40,885 bases of DNA. Origin: an uncultured Clostridium sp. (GTDB lineage Bacteria > Bacillota > Clostridia > TANB77 > CAG-508). Of the stretch, positions 15,819 to 24,391 are shown piece by piece. Where the stretch lies: assembly GCA_947571515.1 (NCBI GenBank), contig CANOYI010000002.1, positions 1 to 40,885 of the forward strand, in the 5' to 3' direction. The first letter of the stretch is position 1, and each line of letters starts with the position of its first letter. The notes below the pieces were generated by a model that ran no database searches, was not told the DNA's origin, and was given only the letters and a program-made list of their open reading frames with translations. A program made the translations under genes and the position numbers.

Positions 15819-16319
15819 TTAGTCCACTAAAACAACCTTATTTTCTTTCAAACTCTTTTGAACATCAATCACTCTTTGATTCGAAGAGCCACAATACTTA
15901 AGTTTTAGGTCTCTTAAGCTATCTACATATTGACCATCCACTAGAACATCAATATACTTTAGAACCTCTTGATCTTTTAAATCTTTATCAAACAAAAAAC
16001 CTGACCACGACCATATTGTCTTATTCGGAAACTTTTCTTTAAAAGCCTTCGCTAGCTGAGTCGTTGCCTCTATATTTTTAGGATGCATTGGTTCCCCACC
16101 TAAAATAGACAATCCTGCTATATTTTCATTCTCGCATAATTCTAGCACTCTTTTAATCGTATCTTCTGTAAATTCTTTACCACCATTAAAATCATGTGTC
16201 TCTGGATTAAAACACTCTTTACAATTAAAACTACAACCTTGCATAAAAATTGATACCCTTACACCTGGTCCATTTGAAATATCCATCTTTCTAATTTTAT
16301 TATATCTCATCGATTTCAC
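15819..16319 (-). CDS. nrdG: anaerobic ribonucleoside-triphosphate reductase activating protein (radical SAM)
   Basis: GCSFNCKECFN CxxxCxxC motif, size, and position downstream of nrdD. Confidence 0.9.
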   Translation of the reverse strand: MKSMRYNKIRKMDISNGPGVRVSIFMQGCSFNCKECFNPETHDFNGGKEFTEDTIKRVLELCENENIAGLSILGGEPMHPKNIEATTQLAKAFKEKFPNKTIWSWSGFLFDKDLKDQEVLKYIDVLVDGQYVDSLRDLKLKYCGSSNQRVIDVQKSLKENKVVLVD

Positions 16320-16380
16320 CTCTTATTTCATAAATAATTATTTCTATAAAGTTTATTATATTTTTATGAAGTAACAAATC

Positions 16381-16496
16381 AGGGGAACCAGCAAATTAAT
16401 TACTTCCCCTTCAATACATTGTTAACTAAAAATAATAAATTTGAAAAAAGTGAATGAAAATTAGCTTGAACGAGCATTTTCAAATTTATTATTTTT
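16381..16496. repeat. two hairpins in the nrdD-nrdG spacer
   Basis: aggggaa/ttcccct at 16381-16410. A 20-bp AT-only stem aaaaataataaatttgaaaa/ttttcaaatttattattttt at 16428-16496 encloses aagtgaatgaaaattagcttgaacgagca. Confidence 0.6.
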
Positions 16497-16509
16497 CGCC
16501 TTAACACAT

Positions 16510-18696
16510 TTATTCATCATCTTTATTATCAATATGAAGAACCCTCTCCTTAATCTCCTGCGTCCTACCCTTATTCCAGAAATTACTTCCGATGTAGCCA
16601 CAAGTTCTCCTTGCCACATTCAAAGTATCATGATTTCGATTCCCACAATTTGGGCAATACCACTCTAAATCATCATCAATCAAAATCTCACCATCAAAAC
16701 CACACTCTTGACAATAATCAGACTTTGTGTTCAACTCGGCATACATGATATTATCATAAATAAATCGAATCACCTGTAAAACAGACTCCAAATTATTTTG
16801 TAGATTAGGTGTTTCAATATAGGAAATCGCACCACCTGGGCTCAATTGCTGGAATTCGCTTTCTAGCTTCAATTTAGAGAAGGCGTCAATTTCTTCAAAA
16901 ACTGGTACATGGTAAGAATTGGTAATATAATCTTTATCGGTAATGTCTTTAATCACACCAAATCTCTCCTTTAAGCATTTAGCAAATTTATAAGTAGTAG
17001 ACTCAATTGGTGTACCATAAACACTATAATCCATATTCTCTTTTTCTTTCCACTCTTTACACTTGTCATTCATTTTTTGCATTACTTGTAAACCAAACTC
17101 TTTTCCTTCGCCATTATCGGTATGACTATGACCTGTCATATATTTAACACACTCATATAAACCAGCATATCCTAAAGAAATGGTTGAATAGCCATCATGT
17201 AGCAATTTATGAATACTTTCCCCTTTTTCTAATCTTGCTAAAGCACCATGTTGCCATAAGATAGGAGCAATATCACTGGTTGCTTTTGCTAATCTTTGAT
17301 GTCTTGCTTGTAATGCTTTATGACACAATTCCAATCTTTCTTCATAAATTTTCCAGAAGGTATCTAAATCTCGGTCAGAAGATAAGGCAACATCTACTAA
17401 ATTAATCGTTACCACACCTTGATTAAATCTTCCATAATATTTGGATTCTCCGTCTTTAAAGTTTTTAGCTTTAGAAGGATTTCCTTCTGTTGTCCAAGGT
17501 GTCAAGAAAGAACGACATCCCATACAAGGATAACAATTGCCATTGCCATCTTTATCAATTTTTAGTTCCTTCATTTTCTTTTCAGAAATATAATCTGGAA
17601 CCATTCTTTTAGCTGTACATTTTGCTGCTAATTCGGTTAAATACCAATATTTACTACCTTCTTTTATATTATCTTCTTCTAACACATAAAGAAGTTTTGG
17701 AAAGGCTGGTGTAATATAAATTCCCTTTTCATTTTTAAAACCTAAAATTCTTTGATTTAGGAATTCTTCGATGATCATAGCCAATTCTTCTTTGTATTCT
17801 TCGGTTTCTCCTAAATACATACAAACGGATAAAAATGGTGCCTGTCCATTGGTATTAGTCATGGAATTGACTTGATAATTAAAGGTTTGTACACCATCTG
17901 CGATTTCTCTTTTGGTGTCTTGTTTGGCATACTTTTCACAAGTCTTTTTGTCTAATCCTCTTTCTTCATATCTTTTTCTGTATTTATTAAAACTATCTCT
18001 TACAAAAGGAGCTAAATGGCTTAATGTTACGGTTGCTCCACCATAACTAGAACTGGTTACCGCTAATATGATTTGTGTTGCAATCGTTGCAGCTGTAACA
18101 AATCGATGTGGTTTTTCTATCATAACACCATTGATAATGGTTCCGTTTTGTAACATATCATCTAAATTGATTAATTCACAGTTGTGCAGAGCATTTTGTG
18201 CAAAATAGTCAGCATCATGGAAATGAATAATTCCTTCATCATGTGCTTTTACGATATCTTCAGATAATAAAAATCTTCTGGTAATATCAGTACTGGTAAT
18301 TCCTGCTAGATAATCCCTTTGGGTCGTAACTACTTTTGCATTTTTGTTAGAATTTTCATTATTCCAATATTCGCTTTCCCCTTCAATTAATTCTTTAATG
18401 GATTGGTCAGTTGTATTGGCTTTTCTAACCAATTCTCTTGTATAACGATAGGTAATGTATTTTTTGGCTAATGGATATTTTCCAAATTCCATTAACTTCT
18501 CTTCTATGATGTCTTGTATATCTTCTACTAACATTCTTGGCTTATTTAATTCTTCAATATATTGAATCATTTCTTTGATTTGCTCTTTTGAAATTTTATC
18601 CTTTCTTACTACTTCATTGTTTGCTTTCTGTATGGCAACTCTTATTTTTTCTGGATCATAATCTACTATTGTTCCATCTCTTTTTATAATTTTCAT
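16510..18696 (-). CDS. nrdD: anaerobic ribonucleoside-triphosphate reductase
   Basis: 728 aa. N-terminal ATP-cone, C-terminal CQECG...CPNCG zinc ribbon, and RRTCGYIG glycyl-radical motif. Confidence 0.95.
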   Translation of the reverse strand: MKIIKRDGTIVDYDPEKIRVAIQKANNEVVRKDKISKEQIKEMIQYIEELNKPRMLVEDIQDIIEEKLMEFGKYPLAKKYITYRYTRELVRKANTTDQSIKELIEGESEYWNNENSNKNAKVVTTQRDYLAGITSTDITRRFLLSEDIVKAHDEGIIHFHDADYFAQNALHNCELINLDDMLQNGTIINGVMIEKPHRFVTAATIATQIILAVTSSSYGGATVTLSHLAPFVRDSFNKYRKRYEERGLDKKTCEKYAKQDTKREIADGVQTFNYQVNSMTNTNGQAPFLSVCMYLGETEEYKEELAMIIEEFLNQRILGFKNEKGIYITPAFPKLLYVLEEDNIKEGSKYWYLTELAAKCTAKRMVPDYISEKKMKELKIDKDGNGNCYPCMGCRSFLTPWTTEGNPSKAKNFKDGESKYYGRFNQGVVTINLVDVALSSDRDLDTFWKIYEERLELCHKALQARHQRLAKATSDIAPILWQHGALARLEKGESIHKLLHDGYSTISLGYAGLYECVKYMTGHSHTDNGEGKEFGLQVMQKMNDKCKEWKEKENMDYSVYGTPIESTTYKFAKCLKERFGVIKDITDKDYITNSYHVPVFEEIDAFSKLKLESEFQQLSPGGAISYIETPNLQNNLESVLQVIRFIYDNIMYAELNTKSDYCQECGFDGEILIDDDLEWYCPNCGNRNHDTLNVARRTCGYIGSNFWNKGRTQEIKERVLHIDNKDDE

Positions 18697-18745
18697 TTGC
18701 TTTTTCCCCTTTCGTTCTACTACTCCTTATCAACTTTATCAATTA

Positions 18746-18947
18746 TTTTCCAAATGTTCATGATAATATTTTGCAACACCGCGTAAGCGACTAGCTACTG
18801 CATACTGCCACTGTAACAAGCCAAGCTTTAACAGTGGACAGCAAAACGAGCGAAAGCAAGTGCGATTTAGAGCAACCAACGTTTCTTTAATTTAGGAAGG
18901 TTGCGACACACAAGGTGTAAAAAATATTATCATCAACATTTGGAAAA
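18746..18947 (+). repeat. apex-core element, copy 1 (27-bp locus-specific arms plus ~148-nt conserved core)
   Basis: Arms are ttttccaaatgttcatgataatatttt and aaaatattatcatcaacatttggaaaa. The core at 18771-18918 is near-identical to 28105-28253 and to the reverse complement of about 36933-37078. Confidence 0.8.
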
Positions 18948-18980
18948 CCAATTTGTAAATTTGATAAAAAAATTATATCA

Positions 18981-19016
18981 TAAAAAATAAAAGATTTTGT
19001 TGCAATTGCAACAAAA
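18981..19016 (-). terminator. terminator of the MATE-fusion gene
   Basis: Perfect palindrome ttttgttgcaattgcaacaaaa followed by a T-rich tract on the minus strand. Confidence 0.55.
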
Positions 19017-19095
19017 AAGGAATAGGATTTTTCTAATCTTACTCCTTCAAGGAAAATTGTTTTTATTTCATTTATATTACAATTGTGTTACAATT

Positions 19096-21102
19096 TTATA
19101 TTTTAATGATGTCACTTTTATTTTTGACCGTCTCGCAAATTAATTCAGCTGATTTATCAACTCCTAACGTGTCACTATTGATACAAATATCATAATTACT
19201 AGGATTATGCCAATCTTTTTCCGTGTAATATTTGTAGTGATTTGCTCTTAATTTATCAATTCTCTTAATTTCCTTCTCTGCTTTTGCCCTATCTAAGCCA
19301 TAAATTTCGGTTGCTCTTTTTACTCTATCTTCCATATTACTATATACAAATACTTTGATAACATTTTTTCTATCTCGTAAAATAAAATCAGCACATCTAC
19401 CAATAATGACACAAGATTCCTGATCTGCTACTTTTTTAATTAATTCTGATTCTTTAATAAATAACTCATCTGCATTGTTTAAACCAAAATAATAGCCATT
19501 ATTCAGCCCAGCTAAACTATTTCTTTTTTGTTCATTATTTTCAATATATTCTTCTGATAGTCCTGTTTCTTTTGCTATTTCTTCAATAAAATCTTTGTCA
19601 TAAAATTTAATTCCTAAGTTATCCGCAATTAACTTACCAATATATCTTCCACCTGAACCATATTCTCTTGAAACCGTAATGATAATTTGTTTTTCTAATT
19701 GATTATTGGTATGCGTATCATCTTTCAATGCTTGACTCTTGCTATTTCCTTGTTTTAAGTGTTTTAGTTCTAAAAACAATAAAATACTTGCTACTACAAA
19801 GGCCAATGCATCTGCCACTGGTCCTGCTGATAGAACTCCCATAATACCAAACGTGCTACCTAAGATAACTAGGGCTGGTATTAAGAATAGGATTTGTCTT
19901 GATAAGGATAAAATAGCACTTTTGATACTTTTTCCAATGGCTTGGAAGAAAATTCCTGATGGAATTTGTATTCCATTACAAATGCATAATAAAAGGTAAG
20001 TTCTAAACGCTAAACAAGCAAATTCCATATAATTTTCGTCACCACTACCAAAAATAGAGATTAATTTATCTGGTATCGTTTGGAATAATAAAAACGCAAA
20101 TGTACTAATTAAAACACTTAATCCTAATACAATTTTTAAAGCTGATTTTACTCTGTCAAATCTTCTAGCTCCATAGTTATAGCCAAATATTGGTTGTGTT
20201 CCTGCTGCAATACCTATGATGATACTATTCAAGATTTGACTGATTTTCATAACAATTCCTAATACGGTAATTGGTATTTCAGGACCAAATTTAGATTGAG
20301 CTCCATATTTACCTAGTAAATTATTTTCAAACGCCATAACAACTACAAAACTCATTTGCGTAATAAAACTACTAATTCCTAAAGCTGATACTTTTTTGGT
20401 TATGTTTAATTTTAATTGAAATGCTTCTTTGTTTAGTGTAATTGATTTGAATTTTTTAATATAACATGCATTTAAAACAAATGTAATAAATTGACTAAAT
20501 ATGGTTGCAATTGCTGCTCCCTCTACACCCATTTTAAAGATAAAGATAAAAATTGGGTCTAAAATGGTATTTAAAACAGCTCCTAATACCATCGTTGCCA
20601 TGGCATATTTAGGACTACCATCTGCTCTAATAATAGAGTTTAAAGCTGTTCCTATCATCATAAAAGGTAATCCAATGCTAATTATTTTTCCATATTGCAT
20701 GGCATATTCTCTTAAGTTATCGGTACAACCAAATAAATTTAATAGTTGTGGTAAAAAGCTTAAGCTAACAACACATAAAAGAACTGCTACGATTGCTGAT
20801 AATAAAATTCCATTTCCTACTCCTTTGGCTGCTTCCTCTTTTTTCCTTTCTCCTAATTTTAAACTCAAATAACTGGACGCTCCATCTCCTAGCATTAAGG
20901 AAAATGCTAAACAAATCATGACTAATGGAAAGACCACATTGGTTGCTCCATTCCCTAAATAGCCTACTCCTTGCCCAATAAAGATTTGGTCTACAATGTT
21001 ATAAAGTGAGTTTACTAATAATGAGATAATACAAGGAATTGAGAATTTTCTAATTAATTTTCCTATTCTTTCTGTTCCTAGTATGTTTTCTTCTTTTTCC
21101 AT
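19096..21102 (-). CDS. MATE efflux transporter fused to a C-terminal cytidylate-kinase-like (Cytidylate_kin2-type) domain
   Basis: 668 aa. About 450 aa are polytopic and MATE-like. A linker follows, then IIITVSREYGSGGRYIGKLIADNLGIKFYDKDFI, typical of the cytidylate kinase-like family. Confidence 0.8.
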   Translation of the reverse strand: MEKEENILGTERIGKLIRKFSIPCIISLLVNSLYNIVDQIFIGQGVGYLGNGATNVVFPLVMICLAFSLMLGDGASSYLSLKLGERKKEEAAKGVGNGILLSAIVAVLLCVVSLSFLPQLLNLFGCTDNLREYAMQYGKIISIGLPFMMIGTALNSIIRADGSPKYAMATMVLGAVLNTILDPIFIFIFKMGVEGAAIATIFSQFITFVLNACYIKKFKSITLNKEAFQLKLNITKKVSALGISSFITQMSFVVVMAFENNLLGKYGAQSKFGPEIPITVLGIVMKISQILNSIIIGIAAGTQPIFGYNYGARRFDRVKSALKIVLGLSVLISTFAFLLFQTIPDKLISIFGSGDENYMEFACLAFRTYLLLCICNGIQIPSGIFFQAIGKSIKSAILSLSRQILFLIPALVILGSTFGIMGVLSAGPVADALAFVVASILLFLELKHLKQGNSKSQALKDDTHTNNQLEKQIIITVSREYGSGGRYIGKLIADNLGIKFYDKDFIEEIAKETGLSEEYIENNEQKRNSLAGLNNGYYFGLNNADELFIKESELIKKVADQESCVIIGRCADFILRDRKNVIKVFVYSNMEDRVKRATEIYGLDRAKAEKEIKRIDKLRANHYKYYTEKDWHNPSNYDICINSDTLGVDKSAELICETVKNKSDIIKI

Positions 21103-21178
21103 ATTCTTCCTTCCTCCTTTTTCTTTTTGTGAATTGCTATAAGTTGGGTTAGACCAATAACAATTATTTTACTGGGAC

Positions 21179-21206
21179 ATAAAAAGACAACACAAATCTC
21201 GTGTTG
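21179..21206 (-). terminator. terminator-like hairpin inside the MATE leader
   Basis: On the minus strand, caacac-gagattt-gtgttg then TCTTTTT, about 45 nt downstream of the predicted promoter and about 75 nt upstream of the ATG. Confidence 0.4.
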
Positions 21207-21237
21207 GCTTTCTGCCTCGCTTTACAGCGTATATTTG

Positions 21238-21266
21238 ATTTTACCATAATTTGAAATGTTTGTCAA
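21238..21266 (-). promoter_or_regulatory. sigma-A promoter of the MATE-fusion gene
   Basis: On the minus strand: TTGACA, 17 nt, TAAAAT. Confidence 0.65.
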
Positions 21267-21437
21267 TTGTTGGTTTTGCAGATTTTATGTAGACATAGCA
21301 ATGTGATAATGTCTAAAGTATCAGACAAGTTAATAGACTACCAACTTTACAAAAAATTAATTTAACATTGGCTGTATTATTTAGAAGGGTAGTCGATACA
21401 TAGCATAGGATGGGTTTGGAATCTATTCAAAAAGAAT

Positions 21438-21779
21438 TTAACTAAATAATCGATTCAAAAAATTAAATATTTCTTTTTTATGAACTTCAAAAAATAAATT
21501 AGAATTTTGTTTTCCACTAATTATATATCTAATAAAAATAGTATTGTATTTTTCTGAAACTAAATAAATTATTCTATAATTTCCACAGATTCGCTCTCGA
21601 TAATGCTTGTCCGAAAGTTCGGGAACATATCTTCCAATATATGGAGCAACTTTAATCGAATCAATAGTAGAGTATATTTCATTTACAATTCTATTAGCAT
21701 AATTAGTGGAAATCTTTAAAGTAAACTTTGTAATATTTTCAATATTACTTTGAGCTTTATTTGATATTGAGATTTCCAT
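21438..21779 (-). CDS. ParE/RelE-family type II toxin
   Basis: 113 aa. PYIGRYVPELSDKHYRERICGNYRIIYLVSE resembles the ParE/RelE core. Overlaps the upstream small ORF by 23 nt. Confidence 0.7.
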   Translation of the reverse strand: MEISISNKAQSNIENITKFTLKISTNYANRIVNEIYSTIDSIKVAPYIGRYVPELSDKHYRERICGNYRIIYLVSEKYNTIFIRYIISGKQNSNLFFEVHKKEIFNFLNRLFS

Positions 21780-21948
21780 ATTCTTGCATCAGCCTTTCTT
21801 TTGATTCTTCAATAGTCATAACTCTACCATCTTTTATATCTTCTTCACTTTCTTTTAACGATATAAAGAAAACCAAATTATATATAAAATCGTATAGAGT
21901 GTTTTCTTGTGTGTTAACTTGGCTTAAAGTTTTTTTCATAAAATCCAT
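21757..21948 (-). CDS. putative antitoxin
   Basis: 63 aa. The SEEDIKDGRVMTIEESKERL pattern is common in ParD-like or RelB-like partners. Genetically coupled to the toxin gene. Confidence 0.55.
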   Translation of the reverse strand: MDFMKKTLSQVNTQENTLYDFIYNLVFFISLKESEEDIKDGRVMTIEESKERLMQEYGNLNIK

Positions 21949-21963
21949 TGATATAACCTCCTT

Positions 21964-22170
21964 TTAATTTTTGTTTTCAAGCATTTCTTTTAACGTTTCA
22001 TAATTAAAATGCTTATCAGTACCAGGAATAATAGTTGTTTCATCTTCACCATATCTTTTTATATATTCCATCATAAGTTTAAAAACCATTTCTGTTGGTT
22101 TTAAACCATCAAAATAATCATCAGGTACAGAATTAACAATATCTATCATTCGTTGTTTTACATCTGCCAT
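21964..22170 (-). CDS. hypothetical small protein
   Basis: 68-aa ORF with AGGAAGGAG upstream. Confidence 0.45.
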   Translation of the reverse strand: MADVKQRMIDIVNSVPDDYFDGLKPTEMVFKLMMEYIKRYGEDETTIIPGTDKHFNYETLKEMLENKN

Positions 22171-22216
22171 GTGTTTAACTCCTTCCTAAAATTTTCTAAT
22201 AATAGTATAGCACAAA

Positions 22217-22732
22217 TTAATTTAAAATACTATTATTTTTTTTAACCATTTTCACATCATTTTTATAAATACTCATGATACTTGTCGCCAATAAAATCAT
22301 ATCTCCCATTACAAGGAACCAACTTTGATAATAGAAGTAATACAAGCCATAAAAAATGCCTGTTGTAATGCCTGATATCCTTACTAACTTCATATTCGTT
22401 TGCCATAAGCAATACGTTCTAATAATAGAGCCAATTGTTGGTAAAAGCGAAATAGTTCCATTCCAAGTATAAATACAATTAATAATGATAATACTCTCAA
22501 ATAGCATAAGTACTAAAATATATATTTTTTTACTAATTTTTTCACTTTGTATAAAGATAAATGTTCTGATAAAATTCATAATACTTAAAAATGCACCTGT
22601 AATAGCACCAATGATAAAATCATAAACTGCTTCGAAAAAGCAACTTAATGCTTGCACTCCTAATGACTTTTTTCTATCTTTTATACATATACTTAAAACT
22701 AATGTTACAAAAACTAATATGCTAAATATCAT
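22217..22732 (-). CDS. YgjV-like inner membrane protein
   Basis: 171 aa with about five TM segments. The family call is tentative. Confidence 0.55.
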   Translation of the reverse strand: MIFSILVFVTLVLSICIKDRKKSLGVQALSCFFEAVYDFIIGAITGAFLSIMNFIRTFIFIQSEKISKKIYILVLMLFESIIIINCIYTWNGTISLLPTIGSIIRTYCLWQTNMKLVRISGITTGIFYGLYYFYYQSWFLVMGDMILLATSIMSIYKNDVKMVKKNNSILN

Positions 22733-22828
22733 TTTTTTACTCCGTTTTTTTCAACCTTATAAAAAAATATAACATATCCATCTTAACTTTGTCAAGAAAA
22801 ATGCTAGAAGCCATATTACTAGTAACTT

Positions 22829-23785
22829 TTATTGATTTTTCCAATCATCTGTATTTACATATTCTTTCTCATATTGTGTTAAATCTGGAACTGCTACCTC
22901 TTCATCTGTAACCACATCAAATTTGTATTGATATTCTTGTATCAAGTCACTTTCCATTTTTACAATATCAGTTTCTGGGAAAAAAGTTCTAACCGAGTTT
23001 CTATTAATCATTTTCAAAGGCAAACCTGTATCTTTATCAATCCAAGTTTCCCCATTTTGATTTTTTTCAAATCGATTTCTAAACACATAATATTCTCTAC
23101 CAATCTGATGGGTATCTGTATGAATTGACATAACAAATGCCCTTCCTAATTTTGCCACCATTGCTTCTATGCTATTATCAATTATATAAGAAACACTCTT
23201 TAAATTTAATTCTTGATTCATAAGCTTCACAAATTCTCCTGTTTCAATGGTTACTTTATTTTCCTTTGGAAGAAAGGTTATTGTTTCTTCTGCATCTTTA
23301 CTACTATATTTCACATGTTGTATCTCTTTTCCCGCATCCGAATAAATTTCCCACACCTCTTTACATTTTCCATCTTTATAATATGTTTTTGTTACAGAAA
23401 CATTGTTATCCATCGAAACCATATCTCTTGTTTCCCTATAAAAATTATTACTTTGTAGAGATTTTTTTGCCTTAGTATCTATGCTTTGTACGATTATAAA
23501 TTGTCGCATGTAAAGGATAAAACAAACCAATACAATGATTCCAAAAGCCATTAAGATTGCCTTTATTTTACTTTTTCTTCGGATTTTTTTTAAATAATCA
23601 ATTTCTCTTTTTTGATTATTTTCATTTTCCATTATATCTGTTTTTAATTCTTTTAATTTTTTTTGGCAAATTTCGCATTGTGATAAATGTTTTTCTACCA
23701 GTTTTTTCGATTCCTCATTTAATACATCATCTACATAACCTAATAATAAATCTTGTACAATTTCACATTCGGTTTTCTTTTCCAT
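22829..23785 (-). CDS. anti-sigma factor (zf-HC2 N-terminus, single TM, extracytoplasmic domain)
   Basis: CEIVQDLLLGYVDD...HLSQCEICQKK and a TM at about residues 76-93. Overlaps the sigma gene by 23 nt. Confidence 0.75.
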   Translation of the reverse strand: MEKKTECEIVQDLLLGYVDDVLNEESKKLVEKHLSQCEICQKKLKELKTDIMENENNQKREIDYLKKIRRKSKIKAILMAFGIIVLVCFILYMRQFIIVQSIDTKAKKSLQSNNFYRETRDMVSMDNNVSVTKTYYKDGKCKEVWEIYSDAGKEIQHVKYSSKDAEETITFLPKENKVTIETGEFVKLMNQELNLKSVSYIIDNSIEAMVAKLGRAFVMSIHTDTHQIGREYYVFRNRFEKNQNGETWIDKDTGLPLKMINRNSVRTFFPETDIVKMESDLIQEYQYKFDVVTDEEVAVPDLTQYEKEYVNTDDWKNQ

Positions 23786-24311
23786 TTTCCTCTACCTCCT
23801 TTATTTTTTGCTTAGCACGATAAAAGGTAACTCTTGCCCAATTGGGTGTTTTTCCCAAAATTTCTCCGATTTCTATAAAATTCAAATTTCCAACCATTCT
23901 TAAGTACATAACTTCTCTTGCTGGCTCATCTAATTTTTGCATATTTTTAAATAAACTTAGCTTTTCTTCCTTTTTACACACAATATCTTCTGTAGTTTGT
24001 ACTTCCTCTATTTCTTCTGTTAAATCTTCTATTGATATATTTCTGTTTCTTTTAGCTTTTTTTAACTCTTTATACCATAAATGTTTTGCAATTTGACACA
24101 ACCATACCGATATCTTACAATTCCCTTTAAATTTATAGATTTCTTTTACAGCTATCGCAAAAGTTTCTTGTGTTAGATCTTCTGCTATCTCTTCTTTACC
24201 TGTTAAGCAGAATAAATATTTATAGATTGTACTACTATATTGTTGATAAATTTCTTCTATATTCTGCATAACTTTTCCCTCCTTCACCTTATAAGAGATT
24301 ATTTTTTTCAT
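23763..24311 (-). CDS. ECF-type sigma-70 family factor
   Basis: Region 2 (AEDLTQETFAIA) and region 4 HTH (FIEIGEILGKTPNWARVTFYRAKQKI). Confidence 0.85.
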   Translation of the reverse strand: MKKIISYKVKEGKVMQNIEEIYQQYSSTIYKYLFCLTGKEEIAEDLTQETFAIAVKEIYKFKGNCKISVWLCQIAKHLWYKELKKAKRNRNISIEDLTEEIEEVQTTEDIVCKKEEKLSLFKNMQKLDEPAREVMYLRMVGNLNFIEIGEILGKTPNWARVTFYRAKQKIKEVEENGKENRM

Positions 24312-24391
24312 TTTATTACACTTTTTTGAAATTTTATCATATTTCTTTATATAAGAAAAGATTAGACTTTTAAATCTAATCTTCTATCTTC

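Noticed and set aside
18697-18947. NrdR box or cobalamin riboswitch upstream of nrdD
   Set aside because: I saw no 16-bp ACACWAWATATWGTGT-type palindrome pair and no B12-box. The acacacaaggtgt string is part of the repeated apex core, which also occurs at non-nrd loci.
21103-21237. Known riboswitch class in the MATE leader
   Set aside because: The hairpin loops (tgtaaa, agaaa) and the overall size do not match the guanidine-I/II/III, PRPP/ppGpp ykkC, fluoride or preQ1 consensus features I can recall. I keep it only as a generic attenuator-like leader.
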